From NCBI GenBank assembly GCA_041650495.1, contig JBAZLB010000002.1:165960-229959 (forward strand): 64,000 nt of DNA. The letters run 5' to 3'. The number at the start of each line of letters is the position of its first letter. Position 1 is the first letter of the stretch. The notes beneath the pieces were generated by a model. That model had not been told where the DNA came from and ran no database searches. It saw only the letters and a program-made list of their open reading frames with translations. This DNA comes from Candidatus Omnitrophota bacterium (GTDB lineage: Bacteria; Omnitrophota; Gorgyraeia; Gygaellales; Profunditerraquicolaceae). Below are positions 20,390 through 29,929 of this stretch, in pieces. Both the position numbers and the translations under genes were made by a program.

Positions 20390-21112
20390 CTAAATATCCG
20401 TGGCCATAAAAGAAAGGTTCCTCTCGATAAAACCAAGAAGTTTTTTTTGTGTCTCGGCAGGTATATGGTAAAACTCTACCCCTATGCCGGGGTGAAGCTG
20501 GAGTTGTATCTGTTTATCCGGGATCCATACCACCCTGGCTTCAATCTCTATCTCTTCTGCGCTGGGAGCGAGTTTAAGCTTAAGAATAACCTCATCCCCT
20601 AATCTGAACTTGTCGCAGCCGAAGATATAAGCGCCTACGGCGCTCAGGTTCAATATGTCCAACTTCAGGCAAAGCGGAGGATCGGCAGTCTTTGACTTAA
20701 GCTCTATCTTGATATCAATAGGCAGGCGTTTAAAACGGCGGCGCAATTGCATCTTCTTGATGTTTTCTATCGCCTTGTCTTCCTTAAAGCTTCTTACCGC
20801 ATCATCCTCCGTTGCGTAAATATCAATCGCCCTATCCAGCCCGGAGATAGAAAAGACCCCCCTGACATGGGCCGGTATGTTGGTAAATTTCATCCTGCCG
20901 TCATTATTTGTTACCTCTTTATACGCCAGGGTTACAGCAGAGACACCCATATAATCTATAAAATCTACGTCTTCCAGATTGCATAATATATCGCAATAGC
21001 CATCGCGCAGGCACTGGCCTACTGCCTCAACCAGATTAGCCGAATCTACGTCAATACGGCCGCTCAAGTCCAATATAATTATGTTTTCTTTCTGTCTTGC
21101 CCTGATTTCCAT
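20390..21112 (-). CDS. STAS domain (anti-sigma-factor-antagonist-like) fused to a C-terminal PilZ domain
   Basis: N-terminal ..IIILDLSGRIDVDSANLVEAV..VDFIDYMGVSAV.. STAS/SpoIIAA-like. C-terminal RRRFKRLPIDIK (RxxxR) and DILNLSAVGAY (DxSxxG) PilZ motifs. Confidence 0.6.
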   Translation of the reverse strand: MEIRARQKENIIILDLSGRIDVDSANLVEAVGQCLRDGYCDILCNLEDVDFIDYMGVSAVTLAYKEVTNNDGRMKFTNIPAHVRGVFSISGLDRAIDIYATEDDAVRSFKEDKAIENIKKMQLRRRFKRLPIDIKIELKSKTADPPLCLKLDILNLSAVGAYIFGCDKFRLGDEVILKLKLAPSAEEIEIEARVVWIPDKQIQLQLHPGIGVEFYHIPAETQKKLLGFIERNLSFMATDI

Positions 21113-21114
21113 TT

Positions 21115-21300
21115 AATGAGCACATAACTTACGAGCACGCAGTGCGAATAAGTTATTTGTGCGAATTATCCTGATATATACGACCACGCAGCGCTTAGCT
21201 GGCGGGGTATGAGCCCATAACTTACGAACACGTAGTGTGAGTAAGTTATACGGCCGAATTATCCCGAAGCCTGCGATGAAGATTTCGAAGAAATCTTCAG
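21115..21300. repeat. Two tandem ~93-nt units of an intergenic hairpin element (ATAACTTACG..CGTAAGTTAT stem-loop plus GCGAATTATCCYGA box), followed by a 21-nt perfect palindrome
   Basis: Hairpins at 21124-21155 and 21217-21249. GCGAATTATCC box at 21161-21174 and 21253-21270. Palindrome GAAGATTTCGAAGAAATCTTC at 21278-21298. Confidence 0.7.
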
Positions 21301-21425
21301 GCGCTTAGGCAAGGGATGCTCCTTTTTGCTTTTTGGATTAAATAGAACCGTCCCCTTTTGACTTGTAATATTAACATAGCCAAGAAGCTCAATCAATAGA
21401 TTTTACCCATAAGACATAAGAAGCG

Positions 21426-21929
21426 CTAACTTATTTGCTGGCCCAGGAACATAATAGGCTGAAAATGCTCGATCTCTATAAGTTTCCACCTGCCCTTTTC
21501 CTTAATCAGCCTCACCCTTACTTCTTCCTTTTGGGCCTCCAGTATATTTTCTTTCTGTCCCTGGCTGTTTTTCCCTGCCACAAACGCCCTGACCTCAACG
21601 CGTGCCTGGTCCCTGGATTCATCTAACTTTATATCTATTTTATCCAGGTAAACAAATATATCACGGTAATAATCAAACGCCTGCCTGCCGGCATAAATCA
21701 AGCCCTGGCGGTCATTGCCGTATTTGTCCCGGTAATCCCAGGCAAGCATCTCTGAACAGGCTAAAAGGTTTTTCTTTTCCACTGCCTGTCTCGCCCGCAA
21801 TATAAACTTATAAACCCGTTTTTCTTCGCTAAGAAAGGCCCTGTTTATTCCCAGATACAAAATAAAAACGGCCAGCGCTATTAGGCCGTAACGTAAATAA
21901 ACCTTGTATTTACCCGCTTCGATGAACAA
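21426..21929 (-). CDS. Hypothetical membrane-anchored protein
   Basis: N-terminal TM helix and no recognized domain. Confidence 0.35.
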   Translation of the reverse strand: MFIEAGKYKVYLRYGLIALAVFILYLGINRAFLSEEKRVYKFILRARQAVEKKNLLACSEMLAWDYRDKYGNDRQGLIYAGRQAFDYYRDIFVYLDKIDIKLDESRDQARVEVRAFVAGKNSQGQKENILEAQKEEVRVRLIKEKGRWKLIEIEHFQPIMFLGQQIS

Positions 21930-21932
21930 GCC

Positions 21933-22463
21933 TTACCCCTCCCTGATATCTGCCGTATACATTCCACACATAGCCAGGGCACAGATGGTTTTGGCATCCG
22001 TTATCCTGCCTCTTTTAAATAAACGCATTACTTCACTTTTTTTCAATGCCATGCTTGTAATGATTTCATCCTGCTCTGGCAAAGGATGTTCTTTTTTCAG
22101 GTCGCTTGCTTTATAAATATTTATCTCCTCCGTAGAATACCCGGGGACAGGATAAATCTTACCCAGAAAAGTAAATTTCTTAGCCGAATAACCTGTCTCT
22201 TCTATGATCTCCCTGCGCGCACAAGTTAACGGGCCTTCACCTTCCTTTAGTGTCCCGGCCGGCAATTCATAAAGGTATTTATTTATCACCGGCCTGAACT
22301 GCCGTAGAAAAATAATAGTGTCCCTATTTAAAAACGGTATCACCAAGGCAGCCCCCGGATGCCAGATAACCTCTAAGTCCACGGTATATCCGTTAGGTAA
22401 CTTCACCCTTTTCTGCATAAGGCTGACCAGCCTGCCTTTATATATATGTTTTATCTTCTGCAA
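21933..22463 (-). CDS. NUDIX hydrolase (ADP-ribose pyrophosphatase-like)
   Basis: Nudix box GTLKEGEGPLTCARREIIEETGY. Confidence 0.75.
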   Translation of the reverse strand: MQKIKHIYKGRLVSLMQKRVKLPNGYTVDLEVIWHPGAALVIPFLNRDTIIFLRQFRPVINKYLYELPAGTLKEGEGPLTCARREIIEETGYSAKKFTFLGKIYPVPGYSTEEINIYKASDLKKEHPLPEQDEIITSMALKKSEVMRLFKRGRITDAKTICALAMCGMYTADIREG

Positions 22464-22464
22464 A

Positions 22465-22881
22465 TTATTCCCCGATGATCTTGACTAAAACCCTTTTTTT
22501 TCTCCTGCCGTCAAATTCTCCGTAGAATATCTGCTCCCACGGCCCAAAATCCAGCTTGCCTGCGGAGATTGCGACTACCACTTCCCTGCCCATAACCGTC
22601 CTTTTTAAATGCGCATCCCCGTTATCCTCACCCGTTTGATTATGGCGGTATTTATCTTTCCCGTAAGGAGCAAGTTTTTCAAGCCAGGCAGCAAAATCTT
22701 CATGCAGCCCTTCTTCGTCGTCATTTATAAAAACACTCGAAGTAATATGCATGGCAGAGATCAGGCACAACCCTTCCCTGACCCCGCTTTCTTTCAGGGC
22801 CGCCTCTACCTGGACAGTGATATTAATAAATTCCTGGCGGGAACGGGTATTAAACCATAGGTATTGGGTATAAGACTTCAT
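22465..22881 (-). CDS. YjbQ/UPF0047 family secondary thiamine-phosphate synthase-like protein
   Basis: 138 aa, ..[24 protein letters not shown].. typical of YjbQ. Confidence 0.7.
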   Translation of the reverse strand: MKSYTQYLWFNTRSRQEFINITVQVEAALKESGVREGLCLISAMHITSSVFINDDEEGLHEDFAAWLEKLAPYGKDKYRHNQTGEDNGDAHLKRTVMGREVVVAISAGKLDFGPWEQIFYGEFDGRRKKRVLVKIIGE

Positions 22882-22913
22882 GGATTTTTCCTTCTTCTTT
22901 TCTCCTGGATAGC

Positions 22914-23390
22914 TTATCTAGATATCTTTAATATTTTATAACACAGCACGCCTGCGGGGATTTTAATCTCTATGGTCTCCCCTTTCTTATGACCCATCAG
23001 GCCCTTGCCTAACGGCGAAGAAACAGAAATCTTGCCCTGCTCATAATCGGATTCCACTTCTGAAACAAGGGTATACTCCAACTCCTCTTCGGTTTTTATG
23101 TCTTTTAACTTAACCTTGGCCCCGATAAGCACTTCCTCACAACCGATATTCTCATGCTCAATGATACGTGCCCGGCTAAGCTTATCCTCAAGCTCGGAAA
23201 TCCTTGCTTCATTGAACGCCTGCTTGTCTTTGGCTGCCTCGTACTCGGCATTCTCCCTTAAATCCCCAAACCCCCTGGCCCGGGCTATCTCTTTGGATAT
23301 TTCTCTCCTGCAGGTATTCTTTAAATAATTTAATTCCCCCATTAACTTTTCATACCCCTCGCGCGTCAAATAAACATCCTCAAAATCCAT
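22914..23390 (-). CDS. greA: Transcription elongation factor GreA
   Basis: N-terminal coiled-coil with D41/E44-like acidic tip ([13 protein letters not shown]), C-terminal FKBP-like domain. RBS GGAGGT upstream. Confidence 0.85.
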   Translation of the reverse strand: MDFEDVYLTREGYEKLMGELNYLKNTCRREISKEIARARGFGDLRENAEYEAAKDKQAFNEARISELEDKLSRARIIEHENIGCEEVLIGAKVKLKDIKTEEELEYTLVSEVESDYEQGKISVSSPLGKGLMGHKKGETIEIKIPAGVLCYKILKISR

Positions 23391-23400
23391 AATTACCTCC

Positions 23401-23560
23401 TAATGAGCAGACAACTTACGGAGCGATTATTTTATCCATCTCCGACGTAAGTTGTAGCCCCTTATAAAGGGGCGTCTGCGAATTATCCCGAAGCGTACGC
23501 AGAAATTTTCTAGCGCTTGCGCTAGAAAAATTTCAAGTGCTTACGCAAGGGACATCCTGA
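23401..23560. repeat. Third copy of the hairpin/GCGAATTATCCCGAAGC/palindrome element
   Basis: TAATGAGCAGACAACTTACG...CGTAAGTTGT stem at 23411-23455. GCCCCTTATAAAGGGGC hairpin follows, then GCGAATTATCCCGAAGC at 23479-23495 and a 33-nt palindrome at 23502-23534. Tail GCAAGGGACATCC parallels GCAAGGGATGCTCC at 21310. Confidence 0.7.
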
Positions 23561-23598
23561 TAAACCCACCCTCATAACCCTAATTATGATAATGAGTT

Positions 23599-25068
23599 CT
23601 AAGCGCGAGAACCGTCCCCTGATTTTTTAATTAGCTTCCTGGCGACGCGTAAAGCCTCTTGTTTATCTTTTATCTTCCCGATCGCCTGAAGCTCCTCTAT
23701 CTCAGAAAGAATCTTTCCGATTAAAGGAGAAGGCGATATCTTGAGACTTTTTATCAAATCATCCCCTGTAATAAGGCGAGGGGGCTTTTTGGCCTTTGCG
23801 TTCTTAAAATACTCCCTGATCAGGCCGTAAACCCCCTTTTCATGCTGTATCCGCGACTCCTCTGAAGTCAGGGGCCCCTTGGTCGCCCGCTGGTCAGCCA
23901 AAGAAAGCAAAAGTATACTTAATGCCTCTCTTGCCGTATCCCGGAAATACCTGAACTTGGCCCGGGCAGTAATATGTTTATTATCCGCAAGATAACCAGG
24001 CCTAAGGTGCCAGAAGACCATCTTGCCTAAAGAATCTGCTTCGTCATTGGAAAGTTTAAGCCTCTTAGCTATTTCCTTGGTAATATTCCAACCTATGCGC
24101 TCATGGCCATGGAATTTAGTCTTTCCTTCCTCATGGACTAATGCCGCGGGTTTGCCTATATCATGAAGCAGTATCCCTAATTTTATTAATCCGCGCCTCT
24201 TCCTTTCACCCGATATGGCCTCATCAAGGTAGCCCTGGATATCCTTATTCCTCCCCGTTCTTTTCAACAACAATTCAAATTGCCTTAATGCCTCTAAGGT
24301 ATGCTGCCATACATCCAGGTGGTGATACGGCCCCTGTTTGACCCCGCGCATAACCTCGATCTCAGGGATGATGATATTCAGTATCTTCAGGCTGTCCAGC
24401 TTGCTGATAGCCTCAAATGCCAGGGGCCTTTGCAATATCTTAAACAGCTCATCCCGGATACGCTCAAAAGAAACCGCCGCTAAAAGCCCTGCCTCTGATT
24501 TTATTCTCTTTAAGACCTCCCCGTCTATCCTGAAACCAAAGACAGAAGAAAGGCTGAAGGCGCGCAGCATCCTTAAAGGGTCGTCACGAAAGGCCTTATC
24601 GTCCGTAAGCCTGATCAATCTTTCTTTTATATCTTTCCTGCCTGCGCAAGGGTCAATAATTCCTTTTTCCCCCGCTTTTAGATCCGAGGCTAAGGCATCC
24701 TTTAAAGAAAGGGCCATGCTATTGATAGTAAAATCGCGGTGCCGCAAATCCTCTTCTATTGACTTGCCGCGGAAATCCGCAAAATCCAGGGTATAGGTCT
24801 TATCTTTTATCCTCTTTACTACGCGCGCACAGCCGTGTTCTTTATCCAATAACACAAAACCGGCAGAAATCCGGCGGGCAAGATACCGGGCGAAATCAAC
24901 TGCCTTCTTTTTAAGACAAAAGTCAATATCAGGGCTACCCTTTCTTACCCCCAGGTAATTATCACGCAGGTATCCTCCCACTAGGTAAAGTTCAAGCTTA
25001 CTCTGCTCTGCCTCATGAAAAGCAGCCTTTAATAATGCCCTGTCCTCCTGAAAATCAAATAGCCTCAT
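23599..25068 (-). CDS. cca: CCA-adding tRNA nucleotidyltransferase with HD domain
   Basis: Pol-beta NTase head (GGYLRD..DIDF) plus HD motif (LLHDIGK). Confidence 0.8.
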   Translation of the reverse strand: MRLFDFQEDRALLKAAFHEAEQSKLELYLVGGYLRDNYLGVRKGSPDIDFCLKKKAVDFARYLARRISAGFVLLDKEHGCARVVKRIKDKTYTLDFADFRGKSIEEDLRHRDFTINSMALSLKDALASDLKAGEKGIIDPCAGRKDIKERLIRLTDDKAFRDDPLRMLRAFSLSSVFGFRIDGEVLKRIKSEAGLLAAVSFERIRDELFKILQRPLAFEAISKLDSLKILNIIIPEIEVMRGVKQGPYHHLDVWQHTLEALRQFELLLKRTGRNKDIQGYLDEAISGERKRRGLIKLGILLHDIGKPAALVHEEGKTKFHGHERIGWNITKEIAKRLKLSNDEADSLGKMVFWHLRPGYLADNKHITARAKFRYFRDTAREALSILLLSLADQRATKGPLTSEESRIQHEKGVYGLIREYFKNAKAKKPPRLITGDDLIKSLKISPSPLIGKILSEIEELQAIGKIKDKQEALRVARKLIKKSGDGSRA

Positions 25069-25163
25069 TTTACCTTTTTAGATAGGCACACCTCTGCCTG
25101 CGTGTTTGGATGTAGCAGACAGAAGAAAATCCCGCCTTGTATATTTGAGTTTTATAAAGATTG

Positions 25164-25574
25164 TTACTGGCTCTGTTTGAATACCTCTGATTGCTTTATC
25201 ACTTCGTCTTCCACAAAGATAGGCACATGCGCCCTCACTGCCAAGGCAATGCTATCGGAAGGGCGCGCGTCAACAGACCTGGTTTCCTGGGAATGCGTGG
25301 TTAAGATGATCTTGGCATGAAAGGTGGATTCCTCCAGTTTATCAATGATAATCTTTGTGATACTCGCGCCAAGATTCTCGATAGTGGAATAAAGCAGATC
25401 GTGGGTCAGGGGGCGGGGAGGGTTAAAACCGGCGATTTTCATTTTTATCGCTGAGGCTTCACCCAAGCCGATAACAATAGGCAGGAGGCGCTCTCCGTTC
25501 TTTTCCTTAAGGACAATCAACTGGTCGTGCCTTTTCTCATCGATAACAATCTTGTTCAATTCCATCTCTACCAT
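25164..25574 (-). CDS. Bifunctional nuclease (BFN/DUF151) family protein
   Basis: ..LLPIVIGLGEASAI...RPLTHDLL...ARPSDSIALAVR.. characteristic of DUF151. Confidence 0.7.
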   Translation of the reverse strand: MVEMELNKIVIDEKRHDQLIVLKEKNGERLLPIVIGLGEASAIKMKIAGFNPPRPLTHDLLYSTIENLGASITKIIIDKLEESTFHAKIILTTHSQETRSVDARPSDSIALAVRAHVPIFVEDEVIKQSEVFKQSQ

Positions 25575-25621
25575 ACCAGAGCCTCGCTTGCTTATGCTTC
25601 CTTAGATTCCCGGTAACAGGT

Positions 25622-26101
25622 TTATCTTATCCCCTTGGGACCACGTTTTCCCTTGCTGAGTATATCTTTTAATTCCACCATAAACTGCCCTACGTCTTTG
25701 AATTGGCGGTAAACGGAAGCAAACCTGACATAGGCTACGTCATCAATCCCTTTAAGCTTCTCCATCAATAACTCTCCTATGCGGGAAGAAGGCACTTCCC
25801 GGTCGGATTTCCTCTGGATAGCCCGCTCAACCTGAGTTGCAACCTCCTCCATCTTTTCCATCCCCACCGGCCTTTTTTCACAGGCCTTCATAATACCGGA
25901 GAGTATTTTTTTACGGTCAAAAGGCTGGCGCCTGCCGTCTTTTTTAATAACCATTAAAGATACTTCTTCTACATATTCATAAGTGGTAAAACGTTTGCCG
26001 CATTTCAGGCATTCGCGCCTGCGCCGGACCGCCGACTCCTCTTGTGTGGCCCGCGAATCAACAACCTTATCCTCCTTATGTCCGCAGTAGGGGCACCTCA
26101 T
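25622..26101 (-). CDS. nrdR: Transcriptional repressor NrdR
   Basis: [16 protein letters not shown] zinc ribbon followed by ATP-cone. Confidence 0.9.
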   Translation of the reverse strand: MRCPYCGHKEDKVVDSRATQEESAVRRRRECLKCGKRFTTYEYVEEVSLMVIKKDGRRQPFDRKKILSGIMKACEKRPVGMEKMEEVATQVERAIQRKSDREVPSSRIGELLMEKLKGIDDVAYVRFASVYRQFKDVGQFMVELKDILSKGKRGPKGIR

Positions 26102-26574
26102 ATCTTCCTCACCCTTATCTTGGCTTTTTTAAGAAACTCCCGGGAGAAATCATCGGGGTAGTCTCCGGAAATAACAACCTCTTTAACCCCGGCATTGATC
26201 AGCATCTTGGCGCAGATTACGCAAGGATGGTTAGTAACATACAAAGTGCTACCCAGAGTGCCTACGCCATAAAAGGCAGCCTGAAGCAAAACGTTTTGCT
26301 CGGCGTGCAGCCCCCGGCAAAGTTCATGCCGCTGTCCGGAAGGGACCTTTAATCTTTCCCTGAGACAGCCGATATCCAGGCAGTGCTTGAGCCCTTTAGG
26401 CGCGCCGTTATATCCGGTAGCCAGTATTTTTTTATCTTTCACCAAAACCGCCCCCACCTTACGCCTTAGACAAGTAGCCCTCTTAGCCACAAGGCTTGAA
26501 ACCTCCAGGAAATATTCATCCCAGCTGGGCCGGTGTTTTATTGCCTTAGAAGAATGAATGTTTTTTTTCATCAT
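26098..26574 (-). CDS. dCMP/cytidine deaminase family (ComEB-like)
   Basis: HAEQNVL and PCVICAKML zinc-binding motifs. Start overlaps nrdR stop by 4 nt. Confidence 0.8.
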   Translation of the reverse strand: MMKKNIHSSKAIKHRPSWDEYFLEVSSLVAKRATCLRRKVGAVLVKDKKILATGYNGAPKGLKHCLDIGCLRERLKVPSGQRHELCRGLHAEQNVLLQAAFYGVGTLGSTLYVTNHPCVICAKMLINAGVKEVVISGDYPDDFSREFLKKAKIRVRKI

Positions 26575-26591
26575 AATTTTTTATGCCCTCA

Positions 26592-27842
26592 TTATGCCCT
26601 GCGTAATTCCGGATAAAGAGGGAACTGCCGGGTTAATTTCAAAACCTTCTCTTTGACACGCTTAAGCTTATTTGGGCAAGAATCAGCCTCTATGGCCTCA
26701 TTGATCAAGAGGGCGATTTTGCGCATCTGCGCCTCTTTCATCCCGCGGCTGGTAACGGCAGCTGTCCCTAAACGGATGCCGCTGGTTACCCCCGGGCCCT
26801 TACGGTCAAACGGTATAAGATTCTTATTAACCGTGATACCTGCTTCTCCTAAGACTAAAGAGGCCTCGGCACCCGTAATGCACTTGGGGGTGAGGTCAAC
26901 CAACATCAGGTGCGTATCCGTTCCTCCTGAAACTATCCTGAAACCTAAGAGAGACAAATTGCGGGCAAGTTCCCGGGAATTGCGCACAACCTGCTTTTGG
27001 TAAACTTTAAAACCAGGTTGCATCGCCTCCTTAAAGGCAATAGCCTTGGCGGCAATAACATGCATAAGCGGCCCCCCTTGTATACCGGGAAAAATGCGCA
27101 TATCTATATTCTTGGCAAATTCATGCTTGCAGATTACAAACCCGCCGCGCGGGCCCCTTAATGTTTTATGGGTGGTAGAAGTAACAAAGTCCGCCCAGGG
27201 CACAGGGGAAGGATGGACCCCGGCTGAGACCAGGCCTGCTATATGCGCCATATCCACAAAAAGATAAGCGCCCACCTCATCGCAGATAGCGCGGAATTTC
27301 TGAAAATCTATTATGCGCGGATAGGCAGAGGCGCCGGCAAGTATCATCTTTGGCCTGTGTTTCTTTGCCAAAAACATAATCTCTTCATAGTCTAAGGTCT
27401 CGGTCTTGCGGTTGACGCCATAAGTTACTACATTATAAAACATCCCCGAGAAATTATGGGGATGCCCATGAGTAAGGTGCCCGCCGCAGGCAAGGTCCAT
27501 AGTTAAGACCGTCTCTTGCGGCTTCAAGGCGGCAAAATAAACAGCCATATTCGCCTGCGAACCGGAATGCGCCTGGACGTTCACGTGTTCAGCTGCGAAT
27601 AGTTTCTTTGCCCGCTCAACAGCCAACTCCTCTATCTTATCCACATATTCGCATCCACCGTACCAGCGGCGGTGGGGATAGCCCTCTGCGTATTTATTGG
27701 TTAAAACAGAGCCTTGCGCTTCCAGCACTGCCAAAGAGGCAAAATTTTCCGAGGCAATAAGTTCAAGATTATTCTGCTGGCGCATAATCTCTTCTTTTAT
27801 TGCCGCATAAATTACAGGGTCAGTATCTTTTATATGCCTCAA
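26592..27842 (-). CDS. glyA: Serine hydroxymethyltransferase
   Basis: PLP site [14 protein letters not shown] and full-length SHMT conservation. Confidence 0.9.
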   Translation of the reverse strand: MRHIKDTDPVIYAAIKEEIMRQQNNLELIASENFASLAVLEAQGSVLTNKYAEGYPHRRWYGGCEYVDKIEELAVERAKKLFAAEHVNVQAHSGSQANMAVYFAALKPQETVLTMDLACGGHLTHGHPHNFSGMFYNVVTYGVNRKTETLDYEEIMFLAKKHRPKMILAGASAYPRIIDFQKFRAICDEVGAYLFVDMAHIAGLVSAGVHPSPVPWADFVTSTTHKTLRGPRGGFVICKHEFAKNIDMRIFPGIQGGPLMHVIAAKAIAFKEAMQPGFKVYQKQVVRNSRELARNLSLLGFRIVSGGTDTHLMLVDLTPKCITGAEASLVLGEAGITVNKNLIPFDRKGPGVTSGIRLGTAAVTSRGMKEAQMRKIALLINEAIEADSCPNKLKRVKEKVLKLTRQFPLYPELRRA

Positions 27843-28300
27843 ACCTTATCCCTCCTTATATCCCGCTCAATCTTGATTATCTGATTTAAACGCCTCCTAT
27901 GCCTGCCCCCTTCAAAAGGGGTGTTTAACCAGACACTGGCAATCCTCTTGGCCTGCGGCTCATGGACAAAGGCAGAGCCTAAAACCAGGATATTGCTGTC
28001 GTTATGCAGGCGGGAGAGCCTGGCTGCCTTAATATTATAGACAAGGGCAGCGCGCACACCGCTTAAACGGTTGGCAACAATACTATTGCCTATGCCGCTC
28101 TTGCATATTAATATCCCCTGCTGGCACCTGCCGAGAGAAATCTCCCGGGCCAGGTTATAGGCAATCACCGGATAGTCACAGCGTTCTAGAGAATAAGCGC
28201 CGAAATCCTCTACCCGGAATCCTTTATGAACTAAATAAACCTTTAACTTTTCCTTTAAGGCAAACCCCGCGTGGTCAGAACCGATAATTATCTTTTTCAT
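27839..28300 (-). CDS. rpiB: Ribose-5-phosphate isomerase B
   Basis: [29 protein letters not shown] RpiB/LacAB signature. 4-nt overlap with glyA. Confidence 0.85.
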   Translation of the reverse strand: MKKIIIGSDHAGFALKEKLKVYLVHKGFRVEDFGAYSLERCDYPVIAYNLAREISLGRCQQGILICKSGIGNSIVANRLSGVRAALVYNIKAARLSRLHNDSNILVLGSAFVHEPQAKRIASVWLNTPFEGGRHRRRLNQIIKIERDIRRDKV

Positions 28301-28322
28301 TTCCTATTGCCTTCTTTGTCTT

Positions 28323-29387
28323 TTATATTATATCGCTGATCTTCTCTATCGCCTCTTTTATCACCCCGAAGACCTGGGCGTAAAAATCAGCCTCATATCC
28401 TATGGGGTCTGTAATATCCAGGTTATTATCCTCTATTTTAGCAAATTCCTTTAATAAAAACAGCCTATTTTTTACCCCCGGGGCAATTTTTAAAATATGC
28501 TCCTCATGCACATGTTCCATTACCAGTATTAAATCGGATTTTTTCAGCATCTCGGCAGTTACCCTTTTTGAACGATGGCCGGATACATCTAAGCCTTCTT
28601 GCATCAAGACTTCCCTGGCTTCAGCCGTTGCCCCGAAGCCGTCTGCCAGCATAATACCCGCGGATAAAACTTCTATGCCCTTTCTTCCTTTTTCTTTAAG
28701 CCTTTTCTTCAAAAGCGCTTCTGCCATTACCGAACGGCAGGAGTTACCGGTGCAAACAAAAAGCACGGTTTTTTTACCGGCAACCTCCTGTATATGGCTA
28801 GTCCCGATAAATCCTTCCCTGAGCACGGCCAAAGGCTCAACCGTCAAATCCACTACCGTTGACTCCTTGCCCAGGCGGGTCGGACCTGCGTCAATAGCAA
28901 ACTCTACCATGCCCTGTATATCTTTTATGGCGGCGGGGAAATCGCAAGGCGCTGTCCTGCCGGATATATTTGCGGAAGGGCAAACAATGGCCTTAACCGC
29001 GGATAATTTTATTATCTTTAGGGCAGCTTCCTCATCCGGCATACGCATACCGATGGTGCCTGAACCCTTCGCTTTCAATACCAGTGTCAACGGCCCGGGC
29101 CAGAAGGCATCCATAAGTTTGTATGCCTTAACCGGAATGTCCAAAGCCAGCTCTTCTACTTTGTCTTTATTGCTGATGAGCAGAGAAAAAGGCTTATCCT
29201 GCCTTTGGTTTTTTATCCTATAAAGCCTGGTCATGGCTTGGGTATTATCTTTATCCGCAGCTATGCCATACACTGTCTCCGTAGGCAAAACCACTAATCC
29301 CCCGCCTTTTAAAACCCGCGCCGCTTCCAACAGGCAGCCTTCATCAGGGTTTAACGGATCTACCTTTACTATCTTAGCCTGGGGCAT
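28323..29387 (-). CDS. L-threonylcarbamoyladenylate synthase (TsaC/YrdC/Sua5 domain) fused to a low-molecular-weight protein phosphatase (LMW-PTP)
   Basis: N-terminal YrdC fold (..VVLPTETVYGIAAD..). C-terminal 150 aa carry the P-loop CTGNSCRS (CX5R) and DP motif of LMW-PTP/arginine phosphatase. Confidence 0.75.
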   Translation of the reverse strand: MPQAKIVKVDPLNPDEGCLLEAARVLKGGGLVVLPTETVYGIAADKDNTQAMTRLYRIKNQRQDKPFSLLISNKDKVEELALDIPVKAYKLMDAFWPGPLTLVLKAKGSGTIGMRMPDEEAALKIIKLSAVKAIVCPSANISGRTAPCDFPAAIKDIQGMVEFAIDAGPTRLGKESTVVDLTVEPLAVLREGFIGTSHIQEVAGKKTVLFVCTGNSCRSVMAEALLKKRLKEKGRKGIEVLSAGIMLADGFGATAEAREVLMQEGLDVSGHRSKRVTAEMLKKSDLILVMEHVHEEHILKIAPGVKNRLFLLKEFAKIEDNNLDITDPIGYEADFYAQVFGVIKEAIEKISDII

Positions 29388-29394
29388 TCTTCAT

Positions 29395-29883
29395 TCAAAG
29401 GGTAATTTTTATTTTCTTAATCTGCGCGCACATCTCTTTCTTATGGCTGCTCAATACGGCCTTTATTCTTACATCCTCAATAGCCAGGACCTCCATAGCA
29501 AATATGGCAGCATTCCTTGCGCCGGCCTTGCCTATAGCCATGCAGGCAACCGGGATGCCGCTGGGCATCTGAACAGTAGAAAGCAATGAATCTAACCCTT
29601 TTAAGCTTTTTGTCTCAATGGGTATGCCGATAACAGGCAAGGTAGTATGAGCGGCAACTACCCCTGCTAAGGCAGCTGCACCTCCTGCGGCGGCAATGAA
29701 TATTTTCACTCCCCTGCCCGGGGCGCCCTCAATGTAACGCGCCAGCTCCTTGGGGCTGCGGTGCGCAGACAACACCTTGATCTCAAGACTCACCCCGAAT
29801 TTTTTAAGTAAATATGCTGCCTCCTGGACTATCTCCAGGTCTGATTTGCTCCCCATAATAATACTAACCGAAGCCCTTCTCAT
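29395..29883 (-). CDS. purE: N5-carboxyaminoimidazole ribonucleotide mutase
   Basis: IIMGSKSD..AGGAAALAGVVAA PurE signature. Confidence 0.9.
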   Translation of the reverse strand: MRRASVSIIMGSKSDLEIVQEAAYLLKKFGVSLEIKVLSAHRSPKELARYIEGAPGRGVKIFIAAAGGAAALAGVVAAHTTLPVIGIPIETKSLKGLDSLLSTVQMPSGIPVACMAIGKAGARNAAIFAMEVLAIEDVRIKAVLSSHKKEMCAQIKKIKITL

Positions 29884-29929
29884 CTCTTCCCCCTTGTCTT
29901 CAAATACTCTTTGATTATTGCCTGCTTAT

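Noticed and set aside
21115-21300. Tandem repeats checked as a possible CRISPR array
   Set aside because: Only two or three units, with no regular repeat-spacer periodicity and no cas genes. Units are imperfect copies containing internal hairpins.
28402-29223. Long plus-strand ORFs (e.g. 273 aa at 28402-29223, 198 aa at 8674-9270, 184 aa at 40124-40678) antisense to annotated genes
   Set aside because: They lie entirely inside well-conserved minus-strand genes (tsaC fusion, topA, purB), have low-complexity Ser/Ala/Pro-rich translations and no RBS. These are shadow ORFs.
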